From contig CM097885.1 of the NCBI GenBank assembly GCA_044892525.1, positions 44,270,001 through 44,334,000 of the forward strand: a stretch of 64,000 nt of DNA, given 5' to 3'. Made by a program: the position numbers and the translations under genes. Source of the stretch: Schmidtea polychroa (Eukaryota). Below the pieces are notes generated by a model, which was not told the DNA's origin, did not search any database, and worked only from the letters and a program-made list of their open reading frames with translations. Below, in pieces: positions 9,901 through 20,353 of this stretch. The stretch's first letter is position 1, and every line of letters starts with the position of its first letter.

Positions 9901-11034
9901 CCGAAGAAGAACCATGTTCTTCATTGGCGACTTCTCAAGTTGTATATAGAATTGGGGGCTATTATTAAAAATGTACATAGAGCAATCAAATTTAAGCATG
10001 CACCCATTTTCAAATCTTACATAGACAAAAACACTAATTTGAGAGCCAATTCTACATGCGAATTATATAGGGATCTATACAAATTATTTAATAATAGTCT
10101 GTATGGGAAATCCGTAGAAAACCTTAAAAAACGGATGAATTTGAGGCTATGCAATTCAGCTGAAAAGATGATTGTATATGCTTCAAAGCCGACTTTCAAG
10201 AAATCTATCAAAATTGATGATGACTTGATTGCTGCACATCTATATAAGGATTCTATATGTTTAGACAGGCCTAGTTACATTGGCCAAACGGTGCTAGACC
10301 TGTCTAAACTGAGGATGTACCAGTTACAGTATAAAGAATTGGCTAAATATAGAAATGAATTTAAATGTGAGATAAATATCGTTGCCGGCGATACTGACTC
10401 CTTTTTTCTTGAGGTTAGGCACTGTAAGCTTGACATTCTTTTGCCGGCAATGATTCGTGACAATCTTTTAGACACTTCCAACTATGACCCTGCACATCCC
10501 TTATACTCTAGAAACCTTGATTCTGTGATAGGTAAATTTAAAGATGAAAGTAAAGGTCTAGGGTATAAGGAATGGGTTTTCTTAAGACCCAAGTGCTATA
10601 GTTTGTTAGGGGCTAAAGATCATTTAAAAGCAAAAGGAGTCAGGTTAATAGGTACAGAAATTAGGCACGATTCATATTTAGAATGCTACAATAACAACGT
10701 AGTATTTTCTGTGCCACAAAGTAGGATAGGGACGCGGAACCATCAATTGTACACATTTAAAAACAATAAAATCGCGTTGACAAACAACGACGACAAGCGG
10801 TTTTGGGTGGGGAAAAATTCCAGTCTCGCATTTGGTCATTATTTAGCACTAGATGATATAAATGATGATCAAATATTTGAAGAAGTTGGGCCACTATTCG
10901 GAAGATTAAGTCCAGATTTTGTTTCTGGTGATGAGGAAGTGGGTCCACTTTTCAATGGTTTAAGTCCAGATTTCGATTCTGGTGATGATCCTAATGATAA
11001 AAGAGATATAGATGATATTTTATTGTCAGACTAA
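6934..11034 (+). CDS. polB: Protein-primed family B DNA polymerase with inserted endonuclease-VII-like Zn domain
   Basis: Exonuclease motifs YADFES, FHNLRGYD and YLKLDV. Insert CYLC..RDHCHFSGKYLGAACRKCN. Polymerase motifs YIDINNLYG, KLFNNSLYGK and GDTDS. N-terminal (NNTKPV)n repeats. The frame is open from about 6874, so an upstream exon is possible. Confidence 0.95.
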   Translation: MMKKYYGRKFYGIKYYICPICETSHSIKYLEFYSIHKSHLNQFSLNKKDLFNKLRNTAKPIIKTNVNNTKPVNNNTKPVNNNTKPVNNITKPVINNNTKPVNNITKPVNNNTKHVNNITKPVNNNNTKPVNNITKPVNNNTKHVNNITKPLINNVINVNNNLKRPAVSIGSDAPSKINKLEQITVVNNIQVGGSVDIDDEPEIEIDFKGVRKNLRFNVEKDNIIQISITDKIVNKLKHEIIRMGSVKIQFSVLIQFEKDGEIKDNFFSNRAEAFSDSFLSEGVHKLNNKIEKFTYLGSGWRVVKIKEIDFILTKFTHMNRLAGHSYIPTPSSLKSKNAIVNVKNTDDMCFIYSILALLKRNVVHINRNRVSSYQNYLDELNFDPISDCPMKLCDIPKFEMKNKDLNLAINVLTYRTTSVKPFENIVDDNYIPHHPKLDIIHRSKVIGGEPIYLLLLEDGDNFHYTAVFNLQRLMNCRSSSECGVRIKVNWCPHCLNGFRHKNAFDIHVALCIKNQIGTTLYTLPNDKNLIFQNYAKTITPPFVIYADFESILPGDIIHHQKHLPITAGLLLINNYNNSKFYYEFVGDDCILSFLRKVEEIAMTIVLPYYEINGKKPMQTLSFAEERAFRDSRTCYLCKKFIKNRVRDHCHFSGKYLGAACRKCNVSRRIQKQLPVVFHNLRGYDLHHILKYGLNNFPSWELNIIPTTTEKFISLIAYINKLSVRFIDSMQFVNSSLAKAVKTLSDLPLTSSVFDGAIVRAKGIFPYDFATSLEVLESTLELPPIWDSVSNDEYALAQVIWTQQNCNNMLDYMLIYLKLDVFLLADYFQQFREKAIAYNGLEPLNFYGIPGMSWASALMTLTEPIELLQDMEMFNFYEGGIRGGLTFVNKHYVASSEDTELLYIDINNLYGWALSQNLPYADFVWVYDDLDSVLNECMNADIDNLPYGYTMEVDIDIPVCLHDFLNDFPLAPEKMCPPNSKVEKLMLTHWPKKNHVLHWRLLKLYIELGAIIKNVHRAIKFKHAPIFKSYIDKNTNLRANSTCELYRDLYKLFNNSLYGKSVENLKKRMNLRLCNSAEKMIVYASKPTFKKSIKIDDDLIAAHLYKDSICLDRPSYIGQTVLDLSKLRMYQLQYKELAKYRNEFKCEINIVAGDTDSFFLEVRHCKLDILLPAMIRDNLLDTSNYDPAHPLYSRNLDSVIGKFKDESKGLGYKEWVFLRPKCYSLLGAKDHLKAKGVRLIGTEIRHDSYLECYNNNVVFSVPQSRIGTRNHQLYTFKNNKIALTNNDDKRFWVGKNSSLAFGHYLALDDINDDQIFEEVGPLFGRLSPDFVSGDEEVGPLFNGLSPDFDSGDDPNDKRDIDDILLSD

Positions 11035-11434
11035 ACTGTGATAAATGTTAATATATCTTTAATAAAACGTTTCTTCTACATTGTTGTATTATCTAAAATT
11101 TTTATTGAAAACTTGTTATAGTTTTCACATTTCTTACAAATGTTAAACACTTGTATAAATATATTTATTAATATTGATAAAGTTTTTATAAATCATGTTT
11201 AACTATTGAAAGAAATTTTTATTTGAAATGTATGTATGAGCTCACCACTACATATATGAGTTGAGTGTACATTTAAAGTATAATATTTAGAATTTAGAAA
11301 GTTTTACCTTGAATATTTTTACCAGTACCTTTGTGAACAATAACCATGTGACTTGTTGAGTGTGAGTAGTACCCTTGCTAGCAATACCCATAGGGAGACA
11401 GAATATCTTGTCGGATAGACTCGGTGTATATATG

Positions 11435-11476
<42 letters not shown>

Positions 11477-11519
11477 CTTAGAAACTAAAAACTTAGAAAA
11501 TAATAATTATTTTAATAAA

Positions 11520-12788
11520 TGACCTTGAAAAATTAAATGACCTTGAAAAGTAAATGTCCTTGAAAATTAAATGACCTTGAAAAATTAAATGACCTTGAAA
11601 ATTAAATGACCTTGAAAATTAAATGACCTTGAAAATAAAAAGATTACTTAATTAAAACAAAAAATTAAATTAAAAAAAAAATGACCTTGACCTTGATGAG
11701 TCATATGACCTTGGGAATGACCTTGATGAGTCATCGTTCTAAAAATATTAGACATCGTTGGGTGAGTCATTGGGTGAGTCATTCTCTTTGTTAATATTAA
11801 TGATGATGATACCTTCTATGGCTCATTCGAAAGGTCTTGGACTGAGCTTTAAGATGAGGTATCGTCCAATAAATTCGGATAATGGGAACATTAATTTTTG
11901 GGATGAAAAAGAGTAGGGGCCCTCCCGGCCAATTAATAATATTTTGGAAAATAATAATAATTTAACGTTGAAAAGATGGTGGTCATCAATTGTTAATAAC
12001 TTTGTCAATAATAATGATGATGATACCTTCTATGAATCAATCGAAAGGTCTTGCATTGGGCTTTAAAATGAGCTATCGTTGAATAATTATCGTTGTCGGG
12101 AACTCTGTACATTTAAATTTTAAAATATGACCTTGAAAAAATAAATGACCTTGAAAAAATAAATGACCTTGAAAAGTAAATGACCTTGAAAAAATAAATG
12201 ACCTTGACCTTGACCTTGAAAATAATATTTTGAAAAATAAATGACCTTGAAAAATGGTCTCGGTAAAACTTTAATAACTTTGCCGATGTTAATGATGATG
12301 ATACCTTCTATGGCTCAATTGAAAGGTCTTAGACTACGCTTCAAAATAAGCTATCGATTAATAAATTCGGATAATGGCAACATTAATTTTTGGGATGAGA
12401 AAAAGTATGTCCCCGCCCGGCCAATTAATAATATTTTGAATAATAATAATAATTTAACGTTGAAAAGATGGTGGTCATCAAATGTTAATAACATTAAAAC
12501 TATTAAAGATATATATGATACCTATAGCTCATTCGAAAGGTCTTGGACTGGGCTTTAAGATGAGGTATCGGTCAATAAAATCTGTTGGTGGGAACATTAA
12601 TTTTTGGGATGAAAAAAAGTGTGAGCCCGCCAGATCACTTAATTAAAACAAAAAATTAAATAAAAAAAAAAATAAATGACCTTGACCTTTTATTTTTTAA
12701 AAAAAAAATTTTTTCCCGGGGGGGGGGGGGGGAGGGGGTATATGTGATGCGGGGAGCTCCTGATCTGGGGAGCCCCAATCCTACTACT
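11520..12788. repeat. Polinton right terminal/subterminal repeat region
   Basis: About 19 TGACCTTG motifs in clusters, four copies of a GATACC..CGAAAGGTCTT..TATCG unit (near 11803, 12015, 12293, 12517), a G-run at 12717-12738 and terminal CTACTACT. Confidence 0.8.
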
Positions 12789-14358
12789 TATAATAAATTA
12801 TAATTTATAGTAAATTACATGTGGTATCATTTGAAGAGCTGTCAATTGTGTTTTTGTTGATGAAATTTGTTGAATTGCCACACAAGATAATTTGGTTTTG
12901 TTGATCAAGTTTAGTCATATCCAACACATTGCGGATGACGGATTCAGTAGCGTAGCTACCATATAGCAAGAGTAAGCAACGCATAGCGGTCCACAAAACA
13001 GGGGGGCCTTTTTCCAAGTTTCCTTAATTTTATTCAGAAAACAATGTCAAACAACAGCACGGTCGGCACCAGTCAACAGGGACCTCCAAATAATCGATTT
13101 GTGGTTATATGTAATAAAGCTCCACTGTTTTGTTTACTTATTGCATTAAGTACATTATTTACCTGCGTTTTACCTATTTATGCAATCCCCTCTGCCTCTC
13201 CCTCGCTAATAATATACTGTATAAGCAAGCAACTTTAGTTATCTAAGTAAATCGCCCATTCATATAGGGGTCGAACAAATTGTTTCGCTTGTCGGCTATA
13301 CACATTTGTCCCTGATACATTACTATCATTTTATAACGATTTATACTGTTATATTGTATATTGAGCTCTAATTATTTAATTAAATCGTCTTTCCAAAGAG
13401 GACCCAAAAAAATGTTTTACCTGCGGCGCAAAACTCCTCTGTAACTTTAAACCCTTCTTTCAATTAACACTCTCCCTCCCCCTTAAAAAATCTTGGGTAG
13501 GCCTACGCCACTGGTCTCATACCGTACAAAATAAACAAGGTGTTCCATCAAAATTTCAAGAGTTACGAAATGTTCCGTCGCAGGAAAACATTTGGGAAAC
13601 CCTGGTCTAATTCAATTGTGCTTCCAAAGGGGGCCAAAAATATTTTTTCCTGTGGCGCTATGGTGCTCCGCACCTATTTCACTTGTGTATGCAGTATAGG
13701 GGGCCCATTTATGACTCATTGCATAAGGGCTCAAAATTTCTAGCTACGCCACTGAACGGATTTGGCAATAAATTCAGAGTTTTCTTCAAATTCCGGAGTA
13801 TTTGAAAAAAAAATTACATTTCCAACAATCGAAACAAATTTGTGATTTATCCTCACAGAATACGAATGACAAAATTATGTAGTTGCGATATTTTATTTGA
13901 AATTATTAGTTGAGATAATTAAGTTTAGCTCATTATCTTCATTATTAGCTGCAAAAGTTACTGCTGCTGATGCTGTAGCTATCTCTTCAGGATATCACTG
14001 ATGTTGCTGTGTACGCCATGTCTTTACCACTGTACTCCTACAACTACTGCCCATTTAATGACGATGAATATGTTTGTTTGTCGATTCAGCAGGCCTTGTA
14101 GGGAAAATAAGTTTGTGCCACTGCCTCAATATAATTGTGGAAATATCTTCAGCCCAAGATTACACCCGTTTGCACTGAATAAACGCATCTATAATATGTG
14201 TTGGTATGTACAACCAATTATAGATGCGTCATTCTTTATGAAATTTGGTTAAATTTGTGGTTAAATGCATGTAACTACTCATGTACATATGCATTCAGTT
14301 GATTTATTTATTTATTAGCTATTTTATTTAGCTATTTTAACTATTTGTATTTAGCTAT

Positions 14359-14675
14359 TGTTAGAAGCTATAACATTTAATTCTTCGGTCATCAAAATAA
14401 ATTACTAAGACTATTAAATCCAAACTTATATTTCATTAAATCTGATTATATAAACAAATATTCTTGGGACATTTTCTAAATTTTAATTTCAACCAAATAT
14501 CAACATACCATCGCATTCATACTTGAATTTCAATTTTATTAAAAATTATTTTATTTTAAAATTTCAATTATCATTTCAATTTTAATAACTTAAAATAATT
14601 TAAGTTTCAATTAAAACTTTACAAATTTTAATCATGAACTAATTTAATTTAGTATTTTAATTTTAACTCCTCACA
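14359..14675 (-). repeat. 3' LTR of the small gypsy element (317 bp)
   Basis: Direct repeat of 19265-19581; PPT adjoins at 14676-14687. Confidence 0.95.
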
Positions 14676-15800
14676 TCCCCCTTTTTTAAAATGTTTGATC
14701 TTCTCAACATTTCTGACTACCATCTTCCCATTTTGATCTTTAAGTAAGTAGCTCCGTTCATGTATTTTCTTTATCACTTTGTACGGCCCTTCCCACCTTG
14801 CATCGTCTTTATTTCGAATTTCTTGTTTGATCAAGACCACATCTTCCATTTCAAAATCTCTCACTGTTTTGCTTATTTTTGGTTTTAGTGTTTTATCCTC
14901 TATTCTCTTTTCCATATCTTCTCTATTTATTTCTTTATTCGAGTACCATTTCATTCTGTCGATTTTCCTCCCAAATATAATCTCTGCTGGGCTTACTCCC
15001 GTTGTTTTTTGAACTGTTGCATTTAACGTATATTCTATTTCTGGCACTATATCAGCCCAGTTTTTCCTTCCTCCTTCATTCAATGACGCGTTAATATACT
15101 CTCTGATTGTTCTGAATTGTCTTTCAATAATACCATTCGTGTTATGGTGATATGGGCTTGAGAAAATTAATTCAATGCCAGCTGCCTTTGCTAGTTCTTT
15201 TATACTTCTTGCTTCAAAGTTCTTCCCACAATCTACATGAAGTTCTTTTGGAGCTCCAAACTTTAATATCCATTTATTTAATAACGTCTCACTAATTGTT
15301 TTTTCGTCTTGCTTGTTTATGGCCGTTAATGAGATGTATTTACTATAGTGGTCAATGATTCCGCAAATATATTTCTTTTTGTTGAACGTTTCTTTCAATG
15401 GCCCACATATATCCATATATATCTTCTCGAATGGTTTAATATCCATTTATTTAATAACGTCTCACTAATTGTTTTTTCGTCTTGCTTGTTTATGGCCGTT
15501 AATGAGATGTATTTACTATAGTGGTCAATGATTCCGCAAATATATTTCTTTTTGTTGAACGTTTCTTTCAATGGCCCACATATATCCATATATATCTTCT
15601 CGAATGGTTCTGTACTCTTTATTGTTTGAGTTTCCTCCTTTGTCTTGGTTGTTATCGTTTTCATTTTCTGACATCTTTCACAGTTCTCAATTACCTTTTT
15701 TACTTCCGTTGCTAAATTTTCCATGTCGCAGTTATTCTGGATATATTTTGTTACTTTCTGTGCACCTGCATGGCACAGCAATACGTGTACTTCTTTTATC
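14649..15800 (-). pseudogene. Gypsy integrase broken by a frameshift near 15796 and a 173-bp tandem duplication (15264-15436 / 15437-15609)
   Basis: H.LLCHAG..C..C zinc finger, YMDICGP, HVDCG, NGIIERQF and GPY are spread over shifted frames. The duplicated 173-bp block is directly visible. Confidence 0.9.
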
Positions 15801-18231
15801 TATTATCTGACGGTATCCATATTTTACCTTGCTTAGTTAGTACCGTGTTGTTTTCCATTATGAACTTACAATCTTTATTTTCTAACTTATTCTTTATTTC
15901 TTGGACCTCCATATTGTCATTTTGCCACTTGTTATATCCGCCTTCTGCTGTTACTGTTAATATTCTGGTTTTAATTTTGCCGGTTTTTGCGTCTTCGTGT
16001 TCCATCATACACTGTACACATGTTCCGCATGTTTTCCTGGATAGCATATCCGCGTTTGTATGGCTTGTTCCTTTCCTGTATTCCATTTTAATATCCAGGC
16101 TGCTTAAATAGTTGATCCATGTCTGGAATTGAGCAGTTATTGGTTTCTTCGTTGTTACCATAAACGTAATAGCTTTATGGTCCGTTCTCAGTACGAATCT
16201 CTTACCATATAAGTAATGGTTGAAATGTTTACAAAAATAGTATATTGCCAATAATTCTTTTCTGGTAATGCAGTATCCTTTTTCGTGGCTGCTCATCGCA
16301 TGTGAACCATATGCAATGACATGTTCATGTCCTTTTTCATCCTTTTGCGAAAGAACTGCTCCAATAGTATCGAAGCTCGCGTCTGTGTCTAATATAAATT
16401 CTTTTCTGAAATCTGGAAATACCAATACTGGGGCGGTTATCAATGCTTCTTTCATTTCCCTGAAAGCCTTTTCACACATCTCTGTCCATCTTATTTTCTC
16501 ATTGTTTTTTCCGCATATGCTTTCTAGTGCTCTTGCCTTCTTTGCATAGTCTTTTATGAACCGTCGATAATAGTTACAGATACCCAGAAAGCTCCTCAGA
16601 TTCTTCACACATTTTGGTTTTTGAAATGATTGTATTACTTCTATCTTAGTATTATCTGTTTGTATGCCGTCTTTATTTATTATGTGTCCCAGAAACTTCA
16701 CTTCTTTTCTAAATATTTGACATTTTTCGGGGTTCAATCTTAGTCCTGCTGTTGCGATCTTCCCTAGGACTTTTTCAAATATGTTATAATGGTCTTCTTC
16801 TGTCTTTGTGGATATTAGGATGTCGTCTAAATATACCATCACTCCATCTTTCCACAAATCTTTCAATACTTTCGTCATTAATTCTTGAAATGTTCCTGGT
16901 GCCGCTGCAATACCGAACGGCATCCTGTTAAAACAGAACTGTCCTTCTTTTGTTGAGAATGCTGTTTTCTCTTGAGATTCTTTATCTAACTTCACTTGGT
17001 AATAAGCATTTCCCAAGTCGATTGAGCTAAAATATCTGAATCCGTGTAGGATGTCTAAAATTTCATCTACATTTGGCATTGGAAATGCTTGTCTTTCTGT
17101 TATCTTGTTTAATTGTCTGAAGTCTAGACAAAGCCTGATGTCTTTTTTCTCTTTCTTCCATACACAAACTAAAGGTGTGTTCCACGGTGAATTACACTTC
17201 CTAATTATTCCGTTGTTTTCTAGATTTTTTATTGCTTCCTCAATCTTGTTTTCCAAATTTATTGGCTGACGTCTCGGTTTAATCATTATTGGCTCTCCTT
17301 TCGTGATGATCTTATGTTTTATCAGATTGGTACACCCAATGTCCCATTTATCTGCCATAAAAACATTCTTGTTTGCCTGAAATATTTCTAGCAGTCTCTT
17401 ATTTCCGGTAACTTTTAAAACGTCGATGGCATGACGTAATCTTTCTTCATCTGTTATAATCCGCCCAAATCTAGCTTCTATTTCGCAAATGAAATCACTA
17501 CGTTTTCCATGTTCTTCTAGTATACATTTCAATTCTATACCAAATAACCTTTGTAGTTCTACTCCTCCAATAATTTCTGGTATTAAATTCTTTACTATAA
17601 TGAATGTTACATTTCTTTCAATACTGCCCATTTTAACATTGATGTTTATTTTACCCATAGTTTCTAATCTACTGTTGTTTGCACATCTTAGCGATTCCCT
17701 TGTTTCTAATATTTCGATATTTTCTAATCGATCAATTACAGATTTAGCCATCACATTAATTCGCGCTCCTGTATCCAATAAACAATCTACTTTCCGCCCT
17801 TGGATATCCAGTGTTGTACTCGGTCTACCTTGCATTATATTATATGTTATTACTGGATTTTTTTGTTCTTCTACTGACAAAATATTCTGCTCTCTAGTAT
17901 CTTCTACAATTTCATTAATACACACGTCTCCATTTTTCTTGAGGAATTTGTAAATTTTCTCTATAGTTCTTTCCTCGTGTTTTACTAATTCATTTACTTT
18001 ACACTCCTCTTTAAATTTTTTCTGAATTTCCTTATCATTCGACTTTTTAATTTCTACACTACTATTATTATTAATATCACGTTCAAAAACACTACAATCT
18101 TTATCAATCATACAATCATCATACATACTTAAATTACACATACCGTTAGCATTCATTCTTTGGTTGAAATCAATATTACTTAGTAAATTGCTCCGATCAA
18201 TGTCCCGTTTGACGGAGCGTGCTCGTTTGGG
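15796..18231 (-). CDS. pol: Gypsy Pol (protease, RT, RNase H), probably entered by -1 frameshift from gag; stops prematurely before integrase
   Basis: LLDTGA, RMPFG, YLDD, DTDAS, ELLA and TDH motifs. The frame is open back to about 18231 and overlaps the end of gag. Confidence 0.92.
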   Translation of the reverse strand, partial: PKRARSVKRDIDRSNLLSNIDFNQRMNANGMCNLSMYDDCMIDKDCSVFERDINNNSSVEIKKSNDKEIQKKFKEECKVNELVKHEERTIEKIYKFLKKNGDVCINEIVEDTREQNILSVEEQKNPVITYNIMQGRPSTTLDIQGRKVDCLLDTGARINVMAKSVIDRLENIEILETRESLRCANNSRLETMGKININVKMGSIERNVTFIIVKNLIPEIIGGVELQRLFGIELKCILEEHGKRSDFICEIEARFGRIITDEERLRHAIDVLKVTGNKRLLEIFQANKNVFMADKWDIGCTNLIKHKIITKGEPIMIKPRRQPINLENKIEEAIKNLENNGIIRKCNSPWNTPLVCVWKKEKKDIRLCLDFRQLNKITERQAFPMPNVDEILDILHGFRYFSSIDLGNAYYQVKLDKESQEKTAFSTKEGQFCFNRMPFGIAAAPGTFQELMTKVLKDLWKDGVMVYLDDILISTKTEEDHYNIFEKVLGKIATAGLRLNPEKCQIFRKEVKFLGHIINKDGIQTDNTKIEVIQSFQKPKCVKNLRSFLGICNYYRRFIKDYAKKARALESICGKNNEKIRWTEMCEKAFREMKEALITAPVLVFPDFRKEFILDTDASFDTIGAVLSQKDEKGHEHVIAYGSHAMSSHEKGYCITRKELLAIYYFCKHFNHYLYGKRFVLRTDHKAITFMVTTKKPITAQFQTWINYLSSLDIKMEYRKGTSHTNADMLSRKTCGTCVQCMMEHEDAKTGKIKTRILTVTAEGGYNKWQNDNMEVQEIKNKLENKDCKFIMENNTVLTKQGKIWIPSDNR

Positions 18232-19301
18232 TCATTCTCCCTGTTATACTCGTCTGGCTGGCTTGACTGTTTTGTATTCATCATCTCATCATCAGACTCG
18301 ATAGCTACAATATCTTTTCTGTTATATTGTTGGTTTCCCCATTGTCTTTGATGTACGTTCCTTGATTGATACATATCTTCCCTTTGTTGATAGGTATTTC
18401 TTTGAATTCTTCCTCCTGACATCTTCCTTTGGTCTCGATCTCTTCCTTGATTTCGTCTTTCCATATTTGTGTAGCACTCTCTTTCTTTGTGTCCTCGTGC
18501 ATTGCATCTATGACATTTGATTGTTGGGCATTCTCTTCGTATGTGACCTTCAACACCACATGCATAACATTGAAATCTTCTTTTTATATTACATTCTCTG
18601 CTACTGTGTCCCGGTTTTTGACACGTCCAGCATTCTATCACTTTAACTCTTGTCTCTGGTTTCCATTCGTTGATTTCTCTCTTCGTGGCTCCAACTTGTA
18701 CTACATCTCTATAAGTTCTTCCCCCAGTTGTAGGTCGTATTGATCTCACCGTGTTTACTTGTTCAATAACCTTGTTAACTTTTTCTATCTTCTTTATAGT
18801 TTCTTTAATTTGTTCCGCCGTTTTGAGATCTTTCATTTCGATTTCTTTCCTGACTTCTTTATCTCTTACACAATGTGTCAATAAACATTTCTGAATTTCT
18901 TCCTCATTCCAAGTGTGTGAGGCCAATTTTTTAGTCATTTTTGATATTTTCTCTATAAATATTTCCGCTGATTCGTTACCTTGCTCGTAGTTCAAGGCTT
19001 CTCTTAAGTCATCAATCAATGACGTTGGTCGATGAAAAGCTGCTCTTAATTTCTGTTCAACGGTTTTACCTTCTGCGGTTTCATATTCTTCAATCAAAGT
19101 CCTGTCCAGAAGTGTAATAACTAGTACCATTTGGGTCTTCACTGGTGTCTTCGTTATTTCAAAGAACCTCTGACATTCTTTGATAAATAATTCGAGGTCA
19201 TCTCCTCTGTGGAATTTTTCTGGAAGTAATCTTCCAATAAGCAGATCCGTTGGAATGGTCGCCATGTTAGAAGCTATAACATTTAATTCTTCGGTCATCA
19301 A
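18180..19301 (-). CDS. gag: Gypsy Gag with three CCHC zinc knuckles
   Basis: CWTCQKPGHSSREC, CYACGVEGHIRREC, CHRCNARGHKEREC. Confidence 0.93.
   Translation of the reverse strand: MMTEELNVIASNMATIPTDLLIGRLLPEKFHRGDDLELFIKECQRFFEITKTPVKTQMVLVITLLDRTLIEEYETAEGKTVEQKLRAAFHRPTSLIDDLREALNYEQGNESAEIFIEKISKMTKKLASHTWNEEEIQKCLLTHCVRDKEVRKEIEMKDLKTAEQIKETIKKIEKVNKVIEQVNTVRSIRPTTGGRTYRDVVQVGATKREINEWKPETRVKVIECWTCQKPGHSSRECNIKRRFQCYACGVEGHIRRECPTIKCHRCNARGHKERECYTNMERRNQGRDRDQRKMSGGRIQRNTYQQREDMYQSRNVHQRQWGNQQYNRKDIVAIESDDEMMNTKQSSQPDEYNRENDPNEHAPSNGTLIGAIY
18190..18231 (-). promoter_or_regulatory. -1 programmed ribosomal frameshift signal
   Basis: Minus strand C_CCA_AAC slippery heptamer in the gag frame (18231-18225), a 6-nt spacer, then stem GCTCCG-TCAA / TTGA-T-CGGAGC. 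A -1 slip enters the pol frame immediately after its upstream stop. Confidence 0.8.
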
Positions 19302-19581
19302 AATAAATTACTAAGACTATTAAATCCAAACTTATATTTCATTAAATCTGATTATATAAACAAATATTCTTGGGACATTTTCTAAATTTTAATTTCAACC
19401 AAATATCAACATACCATCGCATTCATACTTGAATTTCAATTTTATTAAAAATTATTTTATTTTAAAATTTCAATTATCATTTCAATTTTAATAACTTAAA
19501 ATAATTTAAGTTTCAATTAAAACTTTACAAATTTTAATCATGAACTAATTTAATTTAGTATTTTAATTTTAACTCCTCACA
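19265..19581 (-). repeat. 5' LTR of the small gypsy element (317 bp)
   Basis: Direct repeat of 14359-14675; PBS TGGCGACC at 19264-19257. Confidence 0.95.
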
Positions 19582-20353
19582 GCTATTTTAGAAATGGCTT
19601 TCAAGTAATTTTTTTTATTTAAAGTAAACTTTAAGGCTTGAATATTGATCCATATAGATATGAGATCATTATTCAAGCTCTTAAATAATACTTTTTTTCA
19701 ACATTTTTTATTATAAATTATTTTTAATTAATTTTTCAGGAGTTTTAGATGTTATTATTATTATTTGGAATTATTTCAATATAATATGAGTTTTATTATT
19801 ACTTTATTAAGTAATTAAGTAAGAAATACAATTTATTAATCGCCAAAAAATATCAATTTTTTGACAACATTTAGGGAAAATTCTTTAGAAATATTAATTT
19901 TTAAATTTAAGTATGTTTACTCTAGGTTTACTCTTAACCGGTGAGGTATACCTCCCTTGGTGAGGTATACTAATGTGATAGGGGAGGTATGAGATTTTGT
20001 TTATTTTTGTTATGTTTTTTTTAAATTAAAAATTAAAATTATTTACAAAAAAAATAATTTAAAAAAATTCTTCAAAATTTAAACTTGTTTTATTTATTAT
20101 GTACATATTTATATTATGCAAAATAAAATTTGAACGATTACTTTTTTGCTAAATATGTTAGCATTTCTCTATCTTTGTACATAACTATTTCTAATTAATT
20201 ATGTTTCTTTTGAAATCAAGTAGCCTTTGAAAAAATTCAAAATTATATACATTTTTATATTCAAGTTTAGTAAAGTTTATATTGGCTGCTGATAGTTGTA
20301 TTTCTTTTAACTTGTTTTAATTATTTCATTACCGCTAATAATAAAAAAGAAAT

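Larger units (their letters stand above)
1..12788 (+). mobile_element. Polinton/Maverick (adintovirus-like endogenous DNA virus), right-hand part; left end lies outside the window
   Basis: Co-oriented ATPase, integrase, minor and major capsid, cysteine protease and pPolB ORFs. The element ends in ...CTACTACT at 12788 (reverse complement AGTAGTAG, the usual Polinton terminus). A 6-bp TSD would be TATAAT (12789-12794) but its partner is outside the window. Confidence 0.93.
14359..19581 (-). mobile_element. Ty3/gypsy LTR retrotransposon, 5223 bp, full length but integrase-defective
   Basis: Two 317-bp TG...CA LTRs that look identical by eye. 5-bp TSD GCTAT (14354-14358, 19582-19586). PBS TGGCGACC next to the 5' LTR, PPT AAAAAAGGGGGA next to the 3' LTR, order gag, PR-RT-RH-IN. 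Confidence 0.96.

Noticed and set aside
11040..11435. Possible small spliced minus-strand gene downstream of polB
   Set aside because: Donor-like and TATA-like sites exist, but I could not assemble a convincing ORF.
12241..12558. 105-aa ORF in the Polinton terminal region
   Set aside because: Lies within subterminal repeats whose other copies contain stops.
13495..13755. Two CTACGCCACTG motifs resembling MITE ends
   Set aside because: Both are in the same orientation with no matching inverted partner or TSD, so no element can be delimited.
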